NCBI GenBank assembly: GCA_965221695.1
Contig: OZ244905.1
Span: forward strand, 640,001 to 704,000
Origin: Gammaproteobacteria bacterium
Lineage (GTDB): Bacteria; Pseudomonadota; Gammaproteobacteria; Eutrophobiales; Eutrophobiaceae
Length of the DNA: 64,000 bases
Reading direction: 5' to 3'
Made by a program: the position numbers and the translations under genes. The notes below the pieces were generated by a model. That model worked only from the letters and a program-made list of their open reading frames with translations, was not told the origin of the DNA and did no database searches. This document shows, in pieces, positions 11,408 to 19,258 of the stretch. How positions within the stretch are numbered: position 1 is the first letter of the stretch; every line of letters begins with the position of its first letter.

Positions 11408-13702
11408 TCAGAAACTGTAGGAAATGCTTCCGCCGAACCACTGCGGTGGACCGTATATCTCCTCAAGGAATTCGGCCAGGCCCAGATCAACCAGGTAAAT
11501 CCGGTATTCCGTATCAGTCAGGTTCTTGGCCCATACTGAGGCTTTCCATTTTCCATCGTCGGTAGTATAGGACATGCTGGCGTTGAGGATGCCGTACCCT
11601 TTTTCATGGTTGACCTCATTCTTGGCGCTGTACAGATAATGATCGCCGTAAATGAACCCGTCAAGTTGTATGGCCATGGAACCGCCAGGCGCCTGCCAGG
11701 TATGCCGTCCGAGGAAATTGAAGCTGATATCAGGCGCCTGCGGCAGATCACCTTCAACAAAAAACTCGCCAAATACAGTCGGTGTCTCGTCCACTTTGCT
11801 GGACATCAGCGCTACGCCAAAATTGAAATCCCAGTTATCCGAAGGCGACAAGGCCAACTCAATCTCACCGCCATAAGCCTTGGCGTCGGAATTAAGCACG
11901 TCAGGTTGCAGCGCTATCAGGGAGAAAACCTGATAATCATTATAGTCATAGTAGAAGCCGGTTGCGTTCAGGCGGCCGGTACCGTTGAATATGGTGAATT
12001 TACCACCCACCTCATAGGACCACAACACCTCCTCATCATGTTTGATCACGTCAGATACATCCACAGGGCCGCGAAAATCGGGTACGGTAGCCACAGCCCA
12101 GTTACCGCCCTTTATGCCGCGATTGACGGAGGCAAACAGCAAGGTGTCGTCGTTGGGACGGAAATCAAGCTGGAAGCGTGCGGCCCAGTCATTGTAAGAG
12201 ATTGTTGACTGTGCGGTATTGAATGGGCTGGTCCTGGCAATCTCGTCGGTGATATATGTATTACCTTGAGCAGCCTGGGAAGCAGCAAAAGCGACATACC
12301 CGGCGTCATCAACATCTGAGAAGGTAGACGTATAATCAAAATCTTTGTCATCCTCGGACCAGCGCAGCCCGACGATGAAAGTCAGTTGTTCAGTAAGATC
12401 ATATTCAGCCTGTCCGAAGATCGACCAGTTCTCCGAATTCTGTTCATAAGGCGCAAATATCACACCCGTTGGAGAAGCAGTGAGGATTGAACCGGTAACG
12501 GATGCGGTGTTGCTCATGGACTGGTCGAAGTAGAAACCACCCACGGTCCAGCGCATGCGATCGGCTTCGCCCGATACACGTATTTCCTGGGTCCATGCTT
12601 CAAAATCTGCGGTGGTGATAAACTGGAACCGGTCGGTGATGAAGGGGCCGGCATCCGCGTCTTCAGTATAATACTTGTCGAAGGTCTGGTAATTTGTGAT
12701 CGATTCCACCTTCATGCTGTCGCTTACATCCCAAACGAACTTGGCAGTCACGTTCCAGCCATCCCGATTCATACTTCCTTGATCATCCGAATAATGACTG
12801 CGCGGGTCACTACTGGGTATGCCCGTAATTGGATCGCTGGGCGGCCCGGTCGGGATTCCAAAACCCGTCCCTCCCTCAAAATCAGCAGTAGCAGGAGTCC
12901 ATGTATAGGTTCCGGTAGGCACGTCATTGTCTTCCATGTAGGTAACGCGCAAATCCGCAAGCGCTTGATCACTCAAATCGATCTGCAGGGAACCGCGTAG
13001 CACGAAACCGTTGGCGCCGTGGGAATCCCTGACAGTAGGCTCACCGTTCGCCTCCAGAAAATCATCGCTCAACGCTTCCACGTAACCGTCACCTTTTTCC
13101 CAGCGTCCGGCAAAACGCGCACGTATGTTATCACTTAACGCACCGCCTACCGCGCCTTCCACGTATTTGCGGTCATACTCTGCATAGGATGCCTCGATAT
13201 AGCCATTGACCTCCTCCTCTGTCGCGCCCCGGGTTACGTACTGCACCACACCACCCGTGGCATTACGCCCGAATAAGGTGCCCTGGGGGCCGCGCAACAC
13301 CTCCACACGCTCTATATCAAACATCTGCTGACCTACCATATTCATGCTGGAGATATAGGCCTCGTCGATGTAAGCGGCGACAGGCGCTTCAAGGTTGTCC
13401 TGGAAATTACTCTGCGAGATGCCGCGAATATTCAGGATAACCAGCGAAGGTGTGTAAGTAAAAAACTGCATCGACGGCACCTGCTGGGTGATATCGATGG
13501 TATTGCTGAAATTCAGGTTCTTTATCAAATCCCCACTGAACGCGGTCACTGCGATGCCGACATCCTGCATGCTCTGCTCGCGTTTCTGTGCGGTAACAAT
13601 GACCTCCTCAAGCAATTGCGCGCCGGCAAATGGTGTGGAGAACAGCAAGGCGCAGCTACAGAGGCCCGCCCATAAGGGTTTAACTTGTTTGAATAAAGAC
13701 AT
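11408..13702 (-). CDS. TonB-dependent receptor
   Basis: Signal peptide, LEEVIVTAQKREQSMQDV, ERVEVLRGPQGTLFGRNATGG, terminal SYSF; RBS GGAGG. Confidence 0.92.
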   Translation of the reverse strand: MSLFKQVKPLWAGLCSCALLFSTPFAGAQLLEEVIVTAQKREQSMQDVGIAVTAFSGDLIKNLNFSNTIDITQQVPSMQFFTYTPSLVILNIRGISQSNFQDNLEAPVAAYIDEAYISSMNMVGQQMFDIERVEVLRGPQGTLFGRNATGGVVQYVTRGATEEEVNGYIEASYAEYDRKYVEGAVGGALSDNIRARFAGRWEKGDGYVEALSDDFLEANGEPTVRDSHGANGFVLRGSLQIDLSDQALADLRVTYMEDNDVPTGTYTWTPATADFEGGTGFGIPTGPPSDPITGIPSSDPRSHYSDDQGSMNRDGWNVTAKFVWDVSDSMKVESITNYQTFDKYYTEDADAGPFITDRFQFITTADFEAWTQEIRVSGEADRMRWTVGGFYFDQSMSNTASVTGSILTASPTGVIFAPYEQNSENWSIFGQAEYDLTEQLTFIVGLRWSEDDKDFDYTSTFSDVDDAGYVAFAASQAAQGNTYITDEIARTSPFNTAQSTISYNDWAARFQLDFRPNDDTLLFASVNRGIKGGNWAVATVPDFRGPVDVSDVIKHDEEVLWSYEVGGKFTIFNGTGRLNATGFYYDYNDYQVFSLIALQPDVLNSDAKAYGGEIELALSPSDNWDFNFGVALMSSKVDETPTVFGEFFVEGDLPQAPDISFNFLGRHTWQAPGGSMAIQLDGFIYGDHYLYSAKNEVNHEKGYGILNASMSYTTDDGKWKASVWAKNLTDTEYRIYLVDLGLAEFLEEIYGPPQWFGGSISYSF

Positions 13703-13747
13703 CAGACTTATCCTCCTGCTGGTTCATCTTTTTTAGTTATGATGGTA

Positions 13748-13812
13748 TTGTACTACAAAGATGCGCTGTTGAGAATCAAAATATTGACTTTTTAAACAAA
13801 ATTGTTGTACAA
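13748..13812. promoter_or_regulatory. Divergent promoter with a pair of putative GntR operators
   Basis: TTGTACTACAA (13748-13758) and TTGTTGTACAA (13802-13812). The second overlaps a -10 position downstream of TTGACT (13784). Confidence 0.6.
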
Positions 13813-13853
13813 AAATCACATGCTTTTACCCTAATACCGTAATTTTGCCACCA

Positions 13854-14855
13854 ATGACGCAGAATCTCACTGAACAAAACCCCGATACAAAGCAAATGTT
13901 GGCGATGTACCGCGCCATGCTGCTGATCCGGCGCGCCGAGGAACGGCTGCGGGATGATTTCCATGCCGGCGAGCTGCCAGGCGGCGTACACCTGTATATC
14001 GGCCAGGAAGCCATCGCCGCAGGCGTTTGCGCGCACCTGAATAACGCCGATCCCATTGCCAGCACCCACCGTGGCCATGGACACTACCTTGCAAAAGGCG
14101 GCGACCTGGAGGCCATGTTGGCGGAAGTGTATGCCCGTGAAACCGGAATCTGCAAAGGTATGGGTGGGTCCATGCATGTGGCAGATTTTTCCAGGGGCAT
14201 TATCGGCGCCAACGGTATCGTGGGCGGTGGTCTGGCCATTAGCGCCGGCGCCGCATTCGCCGCACAACTGGACCGCAAGGGCGGGGTCGCGGTGTGTTTC
14301 TTCGGCGACGGCGCGGCCAACCAGGGCATGTTCATGGAGACACTGAACGTTGCCACGTTATGGAAACTGCCGCTGCTGCTGGTATGCGAGCATAACTGCT
14401 ATTCCGAATTTTCCCCTTCCGACACGGTGACCGCCGGCGAAATCGCCGATCGCGCCAGGGCTTTCGATATACCTTGCAACGTGGTGGACGGGAACGATGC
14501 CATCGCCGTCTGGCAAGCTGCCGGCGCCGCAGTGGAACTGGCGCGCAACGGGGGCGGCCCGTCCTTTATCGAAGCGAAAACCTACCGTATCTACGGTCAT
14601 AACGAAAGCGAGACACACTGGCTTAGCGGCAAATACCGGGAGGAGGACGAGATTGAGCCATGGCGCCGGCGCGACCCCATCGAACGTCTGGGCAATCTGA
14701 TGCTGGAAAACGGAGTTTGCGCAAAAAATGATCTTGCAGCCATCGACGCCGAGATTGGCGCACTGGTTGCCGCAGCCGCCAAGAACGCCGCCGCGGCCGG
14801 CGCGCCGGACCCGCAACTGCCGCACCAACTGATGTTTTCCGAACAACCTGCTTGA
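13854..14855 (+). CDS. TPP-dependent dehydrogenase E1 alpha subunit (acetoin/pyruvate dehydrogenase-like)
   Basis: HLYIGQEA, STHRGHGH, GGSMH, TPP motif GDGAANQG...EHN, TYRIYGH. Confidence 0.9.
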   Translation: MTQNLTEQNPDTKQMLAMYRAMLLIRRAEERLRDDFHAGELPGGVHLYIGQEAIAAGVCAHLNNADPIASTHRGHGHYLAKGGDLEAMLAEVYARETGICKGMGGSMHVADFSRGIIGANGIVGGGLAISAGAAFAAQLDRKGGVAVCFFGDGAANQGMFMETLNVATLWKLPLLLVCEHNCYSEFSPSDTVTAGEIADRARAFDIPCNVVDGNDAIAVWQAAGAAVELARNGGGPSFIEAKTYRIYGHNESETHWLSGKYREEDEIEPWRRRDPIERLGNLMLENGVCAKNDLAAIDAEIGALVAAAAKNAAAAGAPDPQLPHQLMFSEQPA

Positions 14856-14863
14856 ATACCATC

Positions 14864-15847
14864 ATGGCAAAGAAACGACTCATACAAGCCATCAACGACA
14901 CCTTGTTTGCCGAGATGGAACGCGATCCGAAGATCATCCTGTTCGGCGAAGATGTGGAGATCAGCATGTTCGGCGACACCAAGGGATTGCATCAACGCTT
15001 CGGCCCGGACCGGATCCGCAACACGCCCATCTGTGAAGCCACGCTTACCGGCATGGCAGTCGGCGCCGCAGCCAGCGGCTACCGGGTAATCCTGCACCTG
15101 ATGTTCTCCAATTTTATTTACACCGGTTTTGACGCGATCGCCAACCAGATGGCGAAACTGCGGCTGATGACCGGCGGCCAGATAAAACTGCCCATCACTG
15201 TCCTTGCGAGTATCGGCGGGGGTCGCTCAACCGCTGCGCAGCATTCCGATACGCCTTATCCGCTGCTGATGAACCTGGGCGGCGTCAACGTGGTCGTCCC
15301 GTCCACACCGACGGATGCGGCGGGATTGCTGAGGACTGCAATACGGGGCGATAACCCGACCTTTTACCTGGAGGCCGGCGGCCGCGGCGGCGAACGGGGT
15401 GAAATGCCGGATGGTGATTTCACCATTCCGTTCGGTTCGGCGCAGGTACGCAGACCGGGCGCAGACGTTACCCTGGTCAGTGTCGGCGCGATGATGAAAC
15501 CGACCTTGCAGGCCGCACAAGCGTTGGCTGAAAACAATATAGACGCGGAAGTGATCGACTGCCGCACCCTGGTGCCGCTGGACACCGATACCATCATCAC
15601 CTCGGTGGCCAAAACCGGCCGTGTTGTTATCGTTGATGAAGCCCGCGACCGGTGCAGTGCGGCCAGCCATATTGCTGCGGTGGTCAGCGATGAGGGCTTT
15701 GCGCACCTGAAGGCGCCGGTCAAACGCGTCACAGTCCCGAATATCGCGATGCCTTACGCCCCCGACGCGGAGAAAGCGGCCATTCCGAACCCGGAGCGAA
15801 TCGCCGCAGTCACCGAATCCCTTGTCAACAATACGGAAACTGAATGA
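14864..15847 (+). CDS. TPP-dependent dehydrogenase E1 beta subunit
   Basis: GEDV, RNTPICE, AAQHS and EVIDCRTLVPLD motifs. Confidence 0.9.
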   Translation: MAKKRLIQAINDTLFAEMERDPKIILFGEDVEISMFGDTKGLHQRFGPDRIRNTPICEATLTGMAVGAAASGYRVILHLMFSNFIYTGFDAIANQMAKLRLMTGGQIKLPITVLASIGGGRSTAAQHSDTPYPLLMNLGGVNVVVPSTPTDAAGLLRTAIRGDNPTFYLEAGGRGGERGEMPDGDFTIPFGSAQVRRPGADVTLVSVGAMMKPTLQAAQALAENNIDAEVIDCRTLVPLDTDTIITSVAKTGRVVIVDEARDRCSAASHIAAVVSDEGFAHLKAPVKRVTVPNIAMPYAPDAEKAAIPNPERIAAVTESLVNNTETE

Positions 15848-16086
15848 AAGTCAAACTGAAACTCGCCCAGGTGGGCATGAACATGGAAACCGCCACCATC
15901 GTCGCCTGGCACAAACAGCCGGGCGAAAGCTTCAGCAAAGGCGACTCCTTGTACGAGATCGAGACGGAGAAAGTGGCCCAGGAGGTCGAGGCGCCGGGAG
16001 ACGGAAGCCTGTTGGAAATTCTGGTGGCTGAAGACGAGGACGCGGATGTGGGCCAAGAGGTCTGTGTGGTGGAAATGGAACTCTGA
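15844..16086 (+). CDS. Stand-alone lipoyl-domain protein
   Basis: 80 aa with EIETEKVAQEVEAP lipoyl-lysine turn; ATGA overlap with E1 beta. Confidence 0.85.
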   Translation: MKVKLKLAQVGMNMETATIVAWHKQPGESFSKGDSLYEIETEKVAQEVEAPGDGSLLEILVAEDEDADVGQEVCVVEMEL

Positions 16087-16140
16087 TGCAGGACTACTTT
16101 TCCGAACCCATGAACAATCTTATTTAAACGTAGATAATTT

Positions 16141-16902
16141 ATGATAAACAAGAATATAGCTATATTTATTATTGTCATTTCTAGCTTTATCTCACAAGTT
16201 GGCGCTGATGAATATGCAGAGATGCAACAACGCATCGAACGGCAGCAGCAAGCGCCGGATCGGCATAAATGGGATTTCCGCCGGGATGCGCCAAGAAAAC
16301 CCTTTGAGACGTTCAAATTCCTCGGCCTGAAACCGGGCATGGCGGTGATGGACGTGGGCGCCGCCGCTGGCTATACCACCGAAATGTTGGCCGCGGCTGT
16401 AGGCCCCGAAGGCAAGGTTTACTCACAGAACCGGGCGCGGGTGCTGTATAAGTATGCCGACGGCTACTACCAGCGAACGATGGATGAACGGCTGGCGAAC
16501 AATCGCCTGCCGAACGTTGTCCTGCACGTGAAGGAATACGACGACCTGGGTTTGGATGAGGGACTGGACCTGGCCTTCTGGGGAAACAATTTCCACGATT
16601 ATTACTATCATGAAGAAGGCGAAACCACCGCCCTGGAAGTCCTGCTCAGCATCAAAAAGACCTTGAAACCCGGCGGGGTTCTCGGCATTACCGACCATGT
16701 CGGCATCGCAGACCAGGACAACCGTGCCCTGCACCGGATTGAACCGGACATTATCCGGGGTGCACTGAAACAAGCGGGGTTCGTTATCGAGGCCGAGTCC
16801 GACCTGTTTGCAAACCCGGAAGACGATTACACACTGGACGTCTACAACGAGGAGGTTTACCTGAAGACCGACCGGGCGCTGATACGCGCCAGGAAGCCCT
16901 GA
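16141..16902 (+). CDS. Secreted class I SAM-methyltransferase-like protein (COG4798-like)
   Basis: Hydrophobic N-terminus; RDAPRKP, GLKPGMAVMDVGAAAGYTT, LKPGGVLGITDH, HRI and NPEDD motifs. Confidence 0.75.
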   Translation: MINKNIAIFIIVISSFISQVGADEYAEMQQRIERQQQAPDRHKWDFRRDAPRKPFETFKFLGLKPGMAVMDVGAAAGYTTEMLAAAVGPEGKVYSQNRARVLYKYADGYYQRTMDERLANNRLPNVVLHVKEYDDLGLDEGLDLAFWGNNFHDYYYHEEGETTALEVLLSIKKTLKPGGVLGITDHVGIADQDNRALHRIEPDIIRGALKQAGFVIEAESDLFANPEDDYTLDVYNEEVYLKTDRALIRARKP

Positions 16903-16930
16903 TACCGAACTTCTCAGGAAAACATATCAG

Positions 16931-18631
16931 ATGAAACGCACGTTCCTGTCAGCTATTGCCCTCACCTTGCTGTGCTCTGTTGCGGCCTGCTCCGGCCCCG
17001 ACCCTGATACCCCCGATGGCGCGGATTCACGACCTAACGTGCTGCTCATCGTTGTCGATGACGTGGCGTTCAATGACCTTGGTCTGCTTGGCAGTGAAAT
17101 CAGGACACCCAACATTGATGCGTTGGCGCGGGAAGGCGTTTTTCTCACCAATTTTCACGTAGCGCCCAACTGTTCGCCCACGCGGGCGATGCTGTTTTCC
17201 GGAACCGACAGCCACAATGCCGGCCTCGGCAATATGTTTGAAGACCTCGCGCCCAACCAGGAAGGCAATCCGGGGTATGAAGGTTACTTGAACTTTCAGG
17301 TGGCGGCCCTCTCGGAACTGTTCCTGGAAGCCGGCTACAACACGTACATGACCGGCAAGTGGCACCTGGGGCTGACGCAGGAAACCAGCCCTGCGGCGCG
17401 GGGTTTTGAAAAATCCTATGGCTCGCTGCAGGGGGGCGCCGGCGCGTTCGGCAATATGCTGCCGATCATCGGTCCGGGCAAAGCCCTGTACCGGGAAAAC
17501 GGCGTGCAACTGGAAACGTTGCCGGAGGACTTTTATACCACCCGGTTCTATACCGAACTGATGATGGACTATATCGGCAGTGACCTGGATGACGGCAAGC
17601 CATTTTTCGCCTACCTGGCCTATACCTCGCCCCATTGGCCACTGCAAGCGCCGCAGGAGTCCATTGCCCGCTACCAGGGCGTTTACGATGCCGGTTACGA
17701 TGCCCTGGTTGAACAGCGTCTGCAGAACCTGAAGGACCGGGGACTGGTCGATGCCGACACCGAACCGTTTCCCCGGCTGCTTGACGAGCGCCCCTGGAGC
17801 AAACTCAGCCCCGAGGAACAACGCTACCAGGCCAAAATAATGGAAATCTACGCGGCCATGGTTGACGATGTGGACGTGTATATCGGCAGGATCATCGATT
17901 ATCTGAAGCAGATTGGGGAATACGAAAATACCGTTATCTTCTTCATGTCTGACAATGGCCCCGAAGGCCATGCGATGCAGCGCTCTTTTATTGAAGTAGC
18001 CGAATGGGCGGCGGCCTGCTGCGATAACAGTTATGAGAATATCGGCAATGCCGATTCCTATGTCTGGCTCGGCCCAAACTGGGCGCGGGCGGGAAACACA
18101 CCGCTGCGCATGTTCAAGGGCTATACCAGCCAGGGCGGTGTGCGGGCGCCGGCTTTTTTTCATTACCCGCGCGCCATCCAGGGTACGGTCATGAACGATT
18201 CGATCATTACCGTAAAAGACGTCATGCCGACCCTGCTGGAACTTGCCGGGATCGCGCACCCCGGCGGCAGGACGTTCCAGGGGCGGGAGGTGATAGCCAT
18301 GCAAGGCCGTTCCATCGTGCCGATCCTGACCGGCGCGAGCGCTTCAATCAGGGAGCCGGATGATTACATGGGCTGGGAGCTGTTTGGCAAACAGGCCATC
18401 CGCCAGGGCGATTGGAAGATCCTGTACGTACCCAGCATTCCGACCCGGGACGCGCGCCTGCCGGTCATGAAACCGGGCCAATGGCAGTTGTACAACCTCG
18501 CAGACGACCCGGCGGAAATGAACGACCTGGCGGACACCAACCCTGACAAACTGCGGGAAATGCTGGCATTGTGGGAACGGTACACCACGGAGAACCACTT
18601 TATCTATCCGGATACGCTTACCGGTTATTGA
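16931..18631 (+). CDS. Arylsulfatase (Cys-type, AtsA-like), probable lipoprotein
   Basis: RPNVLLIVVDD, CSPTRAMLFSG, GKWHLG, PHWPLQAP and SDNG motifs; lipobox VAAC. Confidence 0.92.
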   Translation: MKRTFLSAIALTLLCSVAACSGPDPDTPDGADSRPNVLLIVVDDVAFNDLGLLGSEIRTPNIDALAREGVFLTNFHVAPNCSPTRAMLFSGTDSHNAGLGNMFEDLAPNQEGNPGYEGYLNFQVAALSELFLEAGYNTYMTGKWHLGLTQETSPAARGFEKSYGSLQGGAGAFGNMLPIIGPGKALYRENGVQLETLPEDFYTTRFYTELMMDYIGSDLDDGKPFFAYLAYTSPHWPLQAPQESIARYQGVYDAGYDALVEQRLQNLKDRGLVDADTEPFPRLLDERPWSKLSPEEQRYQAKIMEIYAAMVDDVDVYIGRIIDYLKQIGEYENTVIFFMSDNGPEGHAMQRSFIEVAEWAAACCDNSYENIGNADSYVWLGPNWARAGNTPLRMFKGYTSQGGVRAPAFFHYPRAIQGTVMNDSIITVKDVMPTLLELAGIAHPGGRTFQGREVIAMQGRSIVPILTGASASIREPDDYMGWELFGKQAIRQGDWKILYVPSIPTRDARLPVMKPGQWQLYNLADDPAEMNDLADTNPDKLREMLALWERYTTENHFIYPDTLTGY

Positions 18632-18632
18632 A

Positions 18633-19091
18633 TCAAGCTAAAGATGGGAAACCTCCTGCCGGCTTGATAAGTTCCAACAGGTTTCCGAACGGATCGCGGC
18701 AATAAACACAGGTTATTCCCAGTTCGTTGGTAACAGGCTCGTTCATTTTTGCGCCGCCCAGTTCAATCACCTGAGCCAGCGCCTGCGCGACATCCTCCAC
18801 CTGGAAACACAAGTGCCGGATACCGTAATCATTGGCATTGAGCAAAGCCGGATCGATTGTTGACTGCGGTTGCTCGTATTCAAACAGCTCCAGGTAGCCA
18901 TTGGGTCCTTCCAGCATACAAAACCTGGCGCTGGTTCCGGACATGCCGATGATCTGATTGAAAATTGACGATTTGTCCCAGTGTGACTCCCGTATCTTTT
19001 CATAGCCCACCAGTTCCGAATAAAACCGCACGGCCTTTTCCAGGTCCGGCACGACGATGGCGGCGTGGTGAAACCTGATCACATTTGCCAT
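18633..19091 (-). CDS. VOC (glyoxalase/bleomycin resistance/dioxygenase) family protein
   Basis: FHHAAIVVPDLE, LELFEY, HLCFQV and YCRDPFGNLLEL metal-ligand pattern. Confidence 0.85.
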   Translation of the reverse strand: MANVIRFHHAAIVVPDLEKAVRFYSELVGYEKIRESHWDKSSIFNQIIGMSGTSARFCMLEGPNGYLELFEYEQPQSTIDPALLNANDYGIRHLCFQVEDVAQALAQVIELGGAKMNEPVTNELGITCVYCRDPFGNLLELIKPAGGFPSLA

Positions 19092-19095
19092 TTAA

Positions 19096-19245
19096 GGAAC
19101 CTCTGATATGTCAGAGGTTCCTACGATACAAGGATGTATCGTCAATATCAATGACTGTAAAGCATTGATATTGTGAGGAAAACAAAAATCGCATTTTTGT
19201 TTTCCGTACTCTGACAAGTCCAGGACGGACTTGTTCAGAGTTTCC
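19096..19245. mobile_element. 150-bp five-hairpin MITE, copy 1
   Basis: Terminal IR GGAACCTCTGA...TCAGAGTTTCC flanked by TTAA on both sides (19092-19095, 19246-19249). Homologous to 22973, 39156 and 61558. Confidence 0.85.
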
Positions 19246-19258
19246 TTAATTTTATTCC

